Shown piece by piece: positions 28,943 to 36,576 of a stretch of DNA of 64,000 bases. This DNA is from Dehalococcoidia bacterium (lineage in GTDB: Bacteria; Chloroflexota; Dehalococcoidia; Lucifugimonadales; UBA3495): positions 4,165,049 to 4,229,048 of the forward strand of contig OZ244795.1 in NCBI GenBank assembly GCA_965219925.1. The letters are read 5' to 3'. Position numbers and translations under genes: made by a program. The notes below the pieces were generated by a model, which searched no databases, was not told the DNA's origin, and saw nothing but the letters and a program-made list of their open reading frames with translations. Within the stretch, counting starts at the first letter, position 1, and every line of letters begins with the position of its first letter.

Positions 28943-29031
28943 GGCAGCGGCCTGTGCGTCGGCATGGTGTTCGGACGGCTGGCCGGCAACAGCGCCGGCG
29001 CGGACGGGCTGGCGACGAAAGATGTGTAGGC
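28943..29031 (+). repeat. direct repeat copy 2 (orphan copy of the dehydrogenase 3' end, frame and stop retained)
   Basis: Would encode GSGLCVGMVFGRLAGNSAGADGLATKDV-stop, against GSGLSAGMVFGRLAGDSAGTDALVAKDV-stop in the intact gene. Confidence 0.9.
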
Positions 29032-29221
29032 AGGCCGGGACGGTTCGCCGTGTCAGACTACGTTGCACCGGACAGAGTGAACCGCCGGCAATCATTGCCG
29101 GTAAAATGGGCCGTGTAGCAAGTGTATGCACATTAACTTGCAATTTATACCATCTAACATACAGTTTTGATGCGCTTTTAGTTTACGAAGATCGCATCGT
29201 GGGGGCTACGTTTGCGCGCGA

Positions 29222-29259
29222 ATTTACAATTTTAGGCGCCTTATTTACAATTTTTGGCG
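29222..29259 (+). promoter_or_regulatory. two 17-bp direct repeats spaced 21 bp apart (candidate operator/promoter element)
   Basis: atttacaattttaggcg (29222-29238) and atttacaatttttggcg (29243-29259), 20 nt upstream of the ATG at 29279. Confidence 0.35.
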
Positions 29260-29278
29260 GCGAGTGTACGATAACAGC

Positions 29279-30475
29279 ATGGTAGATGAGATCTTTCAGT
29301 GGCAAGACTTTGATGTCAAGCTCAGCCAAGCATTCAGCCCGGCTACCGCAATCAGCCGCAGCGTCCTGTTTCATGGCCGGCGGGCTATTATTCGGCGCCT
29401 AATTGACGCCGTGAATCAAGCCGGCCAGCACGCAATTATCTACGGGGAGCGCGGGGTAGGCAAAACCTCCCTGGCTAACGTGCTGTCTGATTTTCTACAA
29501 CCATTTACCTCGGAAGCCATCGTCAGTGCTCGGTTCAACTGCTATGGGGAAACAACTTATCGTCAGATATGGGAATCATTATTCCGAGAGGTTGGTCTGC
29601 CAACAAAGGAAGAGTTTAGTCCGTTCATTGTCAGCGATGTGGTTGACACACTGCGCCGGGATGAGGATCGAAAGTTGATACTCATTATCGACGAGTTCGA
29701 CCGCATCCAAGACCCGGATATAGATACTCTGTTCGCCGATACCATCAAAGCGTTGTCAGATTTTAATGTTGATACGACGCTGATTGTGGTAGGCGTTGCT
29801 GACGACGTCGATGACCTGATTGAGGAACACCAGTCAGTTGACCGCTGCTTGGTTCAAATACATCTGCCTAGAATGCCTACGGACGAACTTATGGAAATCG
29901 TCAAATCCGGCATTTCCACAGCCGGGATGGAAGTGTCAGATGATGCGGTATCGCAAATCTGCGCCATATCTTTGGGGCTGCCCCACTATGCTCATGCTCT
30001 AGGACTTGCCTCTGGAAGGGCTGCAATCGATGTAGAAAAACTGCGCGTAGAAAACCGTCATGTAATCAGCGCGATTGAAACGTTCGTTGAAGAGTCGCAA
30101 CAAACTATGCTTCGCGAGTTCGACTTGGCTACAGCCAGCCCTCGCCGGGAGAATTTCTACTTCAAAGTGCTCACGGCTTGCGCTTTGACGCCGACTGATG
30201 ACCTTGGCTGCTTCCGCGCCGCTGACGTTCGCGAACCGTATTCCCATATTATGGGGCAAGAAATGCGAATCCCCAGCTACGGACGGCATCTACACGGGCT
30301 TAGCGAAGAAGATAGGGGCGCGATACTGCAAAGGCTGGGACGGCCTCACCAGTACCGGTTTAGATTTTCTAACCCACTAATGCAGCCCTATGTGCTGATG
30401 CGGGGTTTGCAGCGAAAACTGCTCAACTTGGAGGATATTGCCACTTTCACGAATCATGGAAACGTGATTCTGTGA
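29279..30475 (+). CDS. AAA+ ATPase (ORC/Cdc6- or Arch_ATPase-like) with a C-terminal winged-helix-like region
   Basis: Walker A GERGVGKTSLANV, Walker B LILIIDEFDRI, and a C-terminal YRFRFSNPLMQPYV. Lies in a low-GC patch. Confidence 0.75.
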   Translation: MVDEIFQWQDFDVKLSQAFSPATAISRSVLFHGRRAIIRRLIDAVNQAGQHAIIYGERGVGKTSLANVLSDFLQPFTSEAIVSARFNCYGETTYRQIWESLFREVGLPTKEEFSPFIVSDVVDTLRRDEDRKLILIIDEFDRIQDPDIDTLFADTIKALSDFNVDTTLIVVGVADDVDDLIEEHQSVDRCLVQIHLPRMPTDELMEIVKSGISTAGMEVSDDAVSQICAISLGLPHYAHALGLASGRAAIDVEKLRVENRHVISAIETFVEESQQTMLREFDLATASPRRENFYFKVLTACALTPTDDLGCFRAADVREPYSHIMGQEMRIPSYGRHLHGLSEEDRGAILQRLGRPHQYRFRFSNPLMQPYVLMRGLQRKLLNLEDIATFTNHGNVIL

Positions 30476-30521
30476 GAACTGCGCAGCGCACCACAATCGT
30501 TCGCAAAATTGAGGACTTGCA

Positions 30522-30806
30522 ATGGATACCCACGCCGACACTAACCAAGACGAGGCGGTGGTTCGATTCCACTGTGATATGTGCAAGGTATCGCACATTG
30601 ACAGCGACCAATACCCTGTGTGGGTTTGCTACTGCTGCGACAGTCCACTATGCCCTATGTTCGATTATGCGTGTGTCAGTTGCACCCAGGAAGCCTGCGA
30701 CAATTGTTGCCAGGCTTGCCAGGAAGACGATTGCGACGCAGTTACCTGCTTTTCCTGCGTAGAGTCGCACCTGCAAAGCAACCATTCTTTGGTGGAAGTC
30801 TGCTGA
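30522..30806 (+). CDS. Cys-rich small protein (multiple CxxC pairs, putative zinc-binding)
   Basis: 94 aa with many CxxC pairs: HCDMCKV, CYCCDSPLCP, CVSCTQEACDNCCQACQEDDCDAVTCFSC. Confidence 0.5.
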   Translation: MDTHADTNQDEAVVRFHCDMCKVSHIDSDQYPVWVCYCCDSPLCPMFDYACVSCTQEACDNCCQACQEDDCDAVTCFSCVESHLQSNHSLVEVC

Positions 30807-30822
30807 CAAGGGTGGCACTGAA

Positions 30823-31083
30823 ATGAGCGACGACGGAACCGCCCGGGTGTTGGCGCAGGAAGGCTTGAGGCATATCGAAAGTGCGATCCTAATGTTGCTT
30901 GACTCCCATCCTGCCGGTCTGCGCAACTCGCAGATTGCGGACTCATTAGGCTTGCGTTCGTCAATCCGTGACGGGCAAAGGAATTACTTAACCTATTCAG
31001 TGCTGGGCGGTCTGATGGCACGCGGGGAAGTCGCACAAGATAGGGAAACCAAGATTTTCACCAAAGTCACATGCCAGCAATAA
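30823..31083 (+). CDS. small winged-helix DNA-binding-like protein
   Basis: 86 aa. ILMLLDSHPAGLRNSQIADSLGL...YLTYSVLGGLMARGEV resembles a MarR/ArsR-like wHTH. Confidence 0.5.
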   Translation: MSDDGTARVLAQEGLRHIESAILMLLDSHPAGLRNSQIADSLGLRSSIRDGQRNYLTYSVLGGLMARGEVAQDRETKIFTKVTCQQ

Positions 31084-31135
31084 CTGGGCAAGGCTCTGGA
31101 GGCAACTGGCCTCCGCCATATCGTAGGCAATCAAA

Positions 31136-31720
31136 ATGACCGCCACTGTCGCACAGTCCCAAATCGTTCGCCGCCTGTTCACCGTGGCCGAGTACATGGC
31201 TATGGGCGAGGCCGGCATTCTTGGGGAAGATGAACGAATTGAACTGCTGGCCGGCGAGATAATCAAAATGGCGCCTATTGGGAACCCACACCTCTTTTGC
31301 ACCGATGCGCTGAATATGCTGCTGGTTCCGGCTCTGGTGGGGCGGGCCGTGGTGCGGGTGCAGGGTTCCATACAGCTGGACGACTACGGCGCGCCGGAGC
31401 CGGATATTGTCCTCCTGAGACCACGCCCCGATTACTATGCGGGGTCGGCGATGCCTGCCGATGTGCTCTTACTGGTAGAAGTTGCCGACAGTTCCCTCGA
31501 ATACGACCGTGGCTTTAAGCTGGCCCTCTACGCCGCCGCCGGCATTCCCGAGCTGTGGATAGCCAACCTGCGCACGGGCGAGGTGGAAACCTGCTCCAAC
31601 CCGGCAGGAACGGAGTACACCAGCGTCCGCACGGTTTCAGCCGACGGCAGCATCAGCCCGCAAGCCTTTCCCGATATGACTCTGGAACTCCGCCAATTTA
31701 TGCCCCCGGTGGCGCAGTAG
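31136..31720 (+). CDS. Uma2-family (DUF820) putative endonuclease
   Basis: FTVAEYMAMGEAGIL...RIELLAGEII.MAP.G..H, PDIVL, LLLVEVADSSLEYDR and AAGIPELWI. Confidence 0.85.
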   Translation: MTATVAQSQIVRRLFTVAEYMAMGEAGILGEDERIELLAGEIIKMAPIGNPHLFCTDALNMLLVPALVGRAVVRVQGSIQLDDYGAPEPDIVLLRPRPDYYAGSAMPADVLLLVEVADSSLEYDRGFKLALYAAAGIPELWIANLRTGEVETCSNPAGTEYTSVRTVSADGSISPQAFPDMTLELRQFMPPVAQ

Positions 31721-31862
31721 CCCTGGCGTCGGTCAAAATTGTCAGGATCAGGATTTGACGGATTTGGGGATTTCCAGGCTGAACGCCCATCCTGCTCACT
31801 TTTCAATCCTGAAAATTCTGCTTCTCACGAAACGTAAGGAAACTCGTCCCCGGCAGCGGGCC

Positions 31863-32073
31863 CTCACACGTACCCACTTTGTCAAACCAAACCAGCCTAC
31901 TGTCATCGCCAGTAGCGCCCACTCCCACCTGTCATTGCGAGGAGCGCAGCGACGTGGCAATCTCGTTGAGGTTGAGTAGACGTCGGGTAACCATCATTGC
32001 TGCGGCGACGAGATTGCCAACCCCCGCATCGAGTACGGGGTCGCAATGACAGATTACAGTGTGTACGCGTGAG
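31863..32073. repeat. MITE-like ~210-bp element with 22-bp terminal inverted motif CTCACRCGTACCCACTTTGTCA
   Basis: Left end ctcacacgtacccactttgtca; internal gtcattgcgaggagc...ggcaatctcgttgagg...cgacgagattgcc hairpin; a degenerate right end closing in gtacgcgtgag at 32073. Confidence 0.7.
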
Positions 32074-32142
32074 GCAGCGGGCTGCCTTGCGTACGCGCCC
32101 GGTGAGGCATACAATTTCGGTATCCGGCTGAGGGACTACGAA

Positions 32143-33444
32143 ATGGATTCTAATCCGGCGCGCCCCGGCATGTTTTACGGGTGGTATGTAGTTGCCACCT
32201 GCATGTTTATCGCCTTTTTGACCATGGGAACACGCAACGCCTTTGGCGCATTCGTGGTGCCGATGGAAGCCGAATTCTCCTGGGACCGCACGACGGTTTC
32301 CTGGGCTGCCGCCCTGGGCGCGCTGCTCAACGGTGTAACGCAACCCTTCATGGGCTATTTCTTCGACCGCGTGGGCGTGCGCATCGTGGTGATGACCGGC
32401 ATCACCATCATCGGTATTTCCACGGTTATGATGATGCTGACCGGCAGTATGTGGTACCTGATCGGGATGTTTGGCGTGGTGAGTGCCATTGGTCAGAGCG
32501 GTACGTCGCTGACCAACACCGGCGCGATGCTCAGCAAGTGGTTCCGTCGCCGTCGCGGATTGGTAATCGGGCTGAACGCATCGGGTATGTCGCTGGGCGG
32601 TCTGATTCTGGTGCCCTTTGCGGCGTTTCTGATTGGCCTGATCGACTGGCGGCTGGCCTGGGTCGTGCTGGGCGTGATGATCCTGGCGCTGGGGCTCCCG
32701 CTGGCTTTCGTTTTTCTGCACGACGACCCATCGCGCAAGGGCCTGACGCCGGACGGCGATCCCGAGCCGCCGGTTCCCACGGGCGGAGGCCAAACCCCGG
32801 CGACAAACCAACCCCTGTTCGCCAACCACTGGAGACAGGCATTCCGGTCGTGGCCCATCTGGCAGATGAGCGCTTCGTATTTCATCTGCGGTTCCACCAC
32901 GTTTATGCTGTCGGTGCATTTTGTGCCCATGGCGGTGGAACAGAAGATTGATCCACTGCTGGCGGCGACGATATTCGGGTTTATGTCGCTGCTCAACGCC
33001 ATCGGGGCCACCGGGGCCGGATGGATTTCGGACCGGGTCGGCGGACGGAAGAACTGGCTGACGCTGGTGTACTTCTGCCGGGGCTGTGCCTACGTCCTGC
33101 TGGTGGTGTCGCTGGTGGTGCCGCAGGTTCCGGTGGTGGCTGGACTCTGGGCGTTCGCCTTCGTGGCCGGCCTGTCCTGGATCGCCACGGCGCCGCTGAC
33201 CACGTCGTTGACGGCAGAGGTATATGGATTGAAATCGTTGGCTACGATCTCGGGCGTAGCGTTTTTCTTCCATCAGTTGGGAGGGTTCTCCAGCGTGCTG
33301 CTGGCAGGTTACCTGCGCGAAATCACCGGCGATTACATCCTCTCTTTCGCCATAGCTGCCGCGATGTTGTTCCCCGCTGCCATCAGCGCCTTTACAATCC
33401 GCGAGCGGAAATACTCCATCCGATACCAGACAGCGCCGGCCTAG
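32143..33444 (+). CDS. MFS transporter (oxalate/formate-antiporter-like)
   Basis: A 12-TM-like profile starting FYGWYVVATCMFIAFLTMG and containing SDRVGGRKNWL. Confidence 0.88.
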   Translation: MDSNPARPGMFYGWYVVATCMFIAFLTMGTRNAFGAFVVPMEAEFSWDRTTVSWAAALGALLNGVTQPFMGYFFDRVGVRIVVMTGITIIGISTVMMMLTGSMWYLIGMFGVVSAIGQSGTSLTNTGAMLSKWFRRRRGLVIGLNASGMSLGGLILVPFAAFLIGLIDWRLAWVVLGVMILALGLPLAFVFLHDDPSRKGLTPDGDPEPPVPTGGGQTPATNQPLFANHWRQAFRSWPIWQMSASYFICGSTTFMLSVHFVPMAVEQKIDPLLAATIFGFMSLLNAIGATGAGWISDRVGGRKNWLTLVYFCRGCAYVLLVVSLVVPQVPVVAGLWAFAFVAGLSWIATAPLTTSLTAEVYGLKSLATISGVAFFFHQLGGFSSVLLAGYLREITGDYILSFAIAAAMLFPAAISAFTIRERKYSIRYQTAPA

Positions 33445-33487
33445 TTGCCCGGGACGGGTTTGGCCCAATCTGCCGTGCGCCCCGGCT

Positions 33488-33590
33488 GGGGTAGGGAGAG
33501 GGGGACTGCCGTTTTACATCGATGGACAGGGTGGACAGGATTGGAGGGGTTCACCCTCACCCTAGCCCTCTCCCATCGAGGGAGAGGGGA
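33488..33590. repeat. repeat block between the two MFS genes
   Basis: ttttacatcgatggacagggtggacaggat (33512-33541) followed by tcaccctcaccctagccctctcccatcgagggagagggg. Confidence 0.8.
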
Positions 33591-33698
33591 CATTGTCAAC
33601 CGTCGTAGTAGCGCCGATTGGCGCCAGCCTGCTATGATTGCACGACTACGCGACGGTTGCAGCTGCCGCATAACGTCCTTCCAAACAAGAGAGGGCAA

Positions 33699-35174
33699 AT
33701 GACTTCGAAATCTGCGGCACAAACGGGCGCGCCGCTCTACTTCGGTTGGTACATCGTTGCCACCTGTTTCTTCGTATCGTTTCTGTCGATACCGGGCCGA
33801 CAGGGGTTCGGCCTGTTCGTAACCGAAATGGAGCCCACGTTTGGCTGGGACCGTTCGGATATTTCCTGGGTGGGTTCCGTGGGTTTCCTCATGAACGGCG
33901 CCATGCAACCCATCATGGGGGCGCTGTTCGACCGCTTTGGCCCTCGCTGGGTGTTCGGGATCGGATTGTCCGTGATGGGACTGGCGATAATGAGCCTGGC
34001 GTTCATGATGGACCTTGACCTCGTGCTTAACCTGGGCTTTGCTCGCATCCCGCTGGACTTGATCTGGTTCATCCTGGTGTTCTCCATAGTGATCAACACG
34101 TGCCTGAGCGCAGCGTCGATCACCAATATGTTGGCGCTAGTAGTACGGTGGTTCCGTCGCAAACGCAGCAAAGCCACCGCGCTGGCGGCCTGCGGCACCT
34201 CCATCGGCGGCCTGTTGATGATCCCCTTCGCCGCTTACATGATGGGCGTGATTAACGAATCAGGTTTGGCGATAGGCGGAGTTGAGCTGGCGGGATGGCG
34301 CACGGTGTGGTTCATGTTGGGGATGATCGTAGTTGTTCTGGCAGCTCCGCTGGCTGTGTTCTTCCTGAGGCCCAGCCCGCAGGAGCTCGGCCTGAACCCG
34401 GACGGCGACCCCGACCCGCAGAACGCGGCCGACGGAACGCCTCCGGCGCGCGGTGGGGCCGGAGTGTACGAGGTGGACAGCTGGCGCAAGTGCTTCAAAA
34501 CGCCGCCGATGTGGCAATTGTCCGGAGCGTATGTGGTTTGTGGCATCACCACCGGGTTGTTGAGCATCCATTTCATTCCATACGCCGAGGATGTGCTCCC
34601 GGAGACGGTCAACTTCCTCTGGATGACTTTTGACGACAAAAAGGTGTTTGCCGCGTTGATGTTCGGCATCATGACGGGGTTGAACGCAGCGGGCGTTATT
34701 ATTACCGGGTTCATGGGGGACCGGATGCGGCGCAAGAACGTGCTGGCGGTAGTTTACGCCACCCGGTGCGTTGCATTCATGGCGCTGGTATTCCTGCCCT
34801 TCTTCGGCTATGGAATGTTGGGGTTGGTGGTCTTCGCCATGCTGTCCGGCATGTCGTGGGTGGCCAGCGTGCCGCTCACTTCGACGCTGACGGCGGATGT
34901 GTACGGGTTCAGGGCCCTGGGTACGATCAGCGGCTGGGTGTTCTTCTCGCACCAGATTGGGTCGTTCGTAAGCATCCAGTTGGCGGGTTACGCCTACGAA
35001 TGGTTTGACGGGAGTTACTTCTGGCCGTTCCTGATTGCAGGATTGACGCTGATTCCGGCAGCGATTGCCGCCTACAGCATCAACGAGCATCATTATTCCG
35101 GGCGGTACAACTCGGCGGCGTCACCACAGCTGGCGACGGCGACAGCCGGTTCCGGGGGTACTCGCGTTTACTAG
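33699..35174 (+). CDS. MFS transporter (paralog of 32143-33444)
   Basis: YFGWYIVATCFFVSFLSIPG, GDRMRRKNVL, and the same overall architecture as the upstream gene. Confidence 0.88.
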   Translation: MTSKSAAQTGAPLYFGWYIVATCFFVSFLSIPGRQGFGLFVTEMEPTFGWDRSDISWVGSVGFLMNGAMQPIMGALFDRFGPRWVFGIGLSVMGLAIMSLAFMMDLDLVLNLGFARIPLDLIWFILVFSIVINTCLSAASITNMLALVVRWFRRKRSKATALAACGTSIGGLLMIPFAAYMMGVINESGLAIGGVELAGWRTVWFMLGMIVVVLAAPLAVFFLRPSPQELGLNPDGDPDPQNAADGTPPARGGAGVYEVDSWRKCFKTPPMWQLSGAYVVCGITTGLLSIHFIPYAEDVLPETVNFLWMTFDDKKVFAALMFGIMTGLNAAGVIITGFMGDRMRRKNVLAVVYATRCVAFMALVFLPFFGYGMLGLVVFAMLSGMSWVASVPLTSTLTADVYGFRALGTISGWVFFSHQIGSFVSIQLAGYAYEWFDGSYFWPFLIAGLTLIPAAIAAYSINEHHYSGRYNSAASPQLATATAGSGGTRVY

Positions 35175-35209
35175 CGGCCTGGTCAGCGCTACGGCGCGAG
35201 GTAACGGAG

Positions 35210-35497
35210 ATGGCTAGCATAGTGATGAGCTTCGTGTTCGCGATGGTGGGCGGGCATCATGGCGAGGCCGACCCAACGCTGCTGCAATGGATCATGCGGG
35301 CGCTCGACCACATCCTGATTGGGGGATTTGGCCTTTCGCAGCTAACCATCGTAATCGGCATCGGCCTCATCATTATTGCAATACCTGCGCTGATCGTAAT
35401 TTCCTACTGGGCCGGAGCGCGTCGGGCTCAGCGCGCCACGAGTGAAATGGGCGTGCCCGGCACGGAAGTGAGCGTTTCTACCGACGCCCATGAATAA
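35210..35497 (+). CDS. small hypothetical membrane protein
   Basis: 95 aa with the hydrophobic core ILIGGFGLSQLTIVIGIGLIIIAIPALIVISYW. Confidence 0.4.
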   Translation: MASIVMSFVFAMVGGHHGEADPTLLQWIMRALDHILIGGFGLSQLTIVIGIGLIIIAIPALIVISYWAGARRAQRATSEMGVPGTEVSVSTDAHE

Positions 35498-35681
35498 TGC
35501 TCCAGGGAAAATCGATTTAACTATGATTAGATGCTTGCCGGCGGCGTCGATTGAGGGTAATATACCCACTGTTGCCATATATACGAACGCTGAGGCGCCG
35601 GGCATCCGGCCCGTGGCTTCCCGGTGGCGGCACAGGCGAGCCGTGAGGCTCCCGACAATCTGGAGGAGGTAACAAGCCAAT

Positions 35682-35876
35682 ATGTTCGACAAGGATTCGC
35701 TGGACCGGCTGTTTGAAGAGCTGCGAGACGAGTTCGAGCTGGAAACCGATTGGGAAGAGATTCAACGGGATGCGCATCTGGCGGTTGCCTACGCTGATGC
35801 CGGGGTTCTCGATGACCAGAGCGGAGCCCTCGACTCGCGTATCGTTGATTACGTTGTGCGCCATAACCCCAACTAA
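35682..35876 (+). CDS. small acidic hypothetical protein
   Basis: 64 aa. A GGAGGAGG RBS lies upstream and a strong terminator lies downstream. Confidence 0.4.
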   Translation: MFDKDSLDRLFEELRDEFELETDWEEIQRDAHLAVAYADAGVLDDQSGALDSRIVDYVVRHNPN

Positions 35877-35921
35877 TTCGCCCTAATTGAACCGGATGCT
35901 CGATCCGGTTGGGTCGGTTAC

Positions 35922-35952
35922 CCCCCGTTGGCAATGCCAACGGGGTTTTTTA
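35922..35952 (+). terminator. Rho-independent terminator
   Basis: ccccgttggc / gccaacgggg stem followed by tttttt. Confidence 0.75.
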
Positions 35953-35958
35953 TCGTCA

Positions 35959-36222
35959 TGTCATTGCGAGCGCAGTGTGCGGGTACGCCCCTCACCCCCG
36001 GCCCCTCTCCCGCCGGGAGAGGGGAGAAAATGCGCCGGGGGCCAAAATCTGTCATTGCGACCCCGTACTTGATACGGGGGTGGCAATCTCGTCGGCGTAG
36101 CAATGGTGGTTTGCCGACGTGTGTTCAACCTCAACGAGATTGCCACGTGGTTCGACAGGCTCACCATGAGCGGTTGCGCTCCTCGCAGTGACAGGTGGGG
36201 CTGGGCGCTCCTCGCAATGACA
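35959..36222. repeat. mosaic repeat block upstream of the terminase block
   Basis: tgtcattgcgag...cccctctcccgccgggagagggg...gtcattgcgaccccgtacttgatacggggg...ggcaatctcgtcg...caacgagattgccacgtggttcgacaggctcaccatgagcgg...ctcctcgcaatgac. Confidence 0.8.
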
Positions 36223-36336
36223 ACCGAATGACTCTGCAATGCTGACGCTGGCGCGTTGACGCTACGGATGGCGACTGTTTAGCGTGTTTACTGTGGCGAC
36301 GCACCATATTTTGAGCGCCACGAACATGAGGTAACA

Positions 36337-36576
36337 GTGCTGAATTGCCGACGATGCCAGGGTATGACCCTGCTGGAACTGGCCCGGCTGGGCCGAGGAG
36401 ACCACACGGTATTCCGCTGCCGGACGTGTGGGTTCCTGTTCAGTCCTCCGGACACCGACCTACGGGGACACCACGGGGTGGACGTGCTACCATCCGCCCC
36501 GCCCCGGAAATCTGTCGAACTGCGGGTTAGCCGAGTCAGGATGCCAGGCGATGACCGAACCACGCCGTTGCGTTAG
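36337..36576 (+). CDS. zinc-ribbon small protein translationally coupled to the large terminase
   Basis: CRRCQG...FRCRTCGF gives two CxxC pairs. The GTG start follows a GAGG RBS. The stop overlaps the TerL GTG (TAGTG at 36574-36578). Confidence 0.45.
   Translation: MLNCRRCQGMTLLELARLGRGDHTVFRCRTCGFLFSPPDTDLRGHHGVDVLPSAPPRKSVELRVSRVRMPGDDRTTPLR

Noticed and set aside
28361-29031. Diversity-generating retroelement (template/variable repeat) explanation for the 89-bp direct repeat
   Set aside because: The 9 mismatches involve all base types rather than adenine-specific substitutions, and no reverse transcriptase gene is present in the window.
31903-33468. 521-aa minus-strand ORF opposite the first MFS transporter
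   Set aside because: The translation is basic and low-complexity, and it starts inside a repeat element. The plus strand encodes a typical 12-TM MFS protein. The same reasoning applies to 34260-35093 and 53522-54901.
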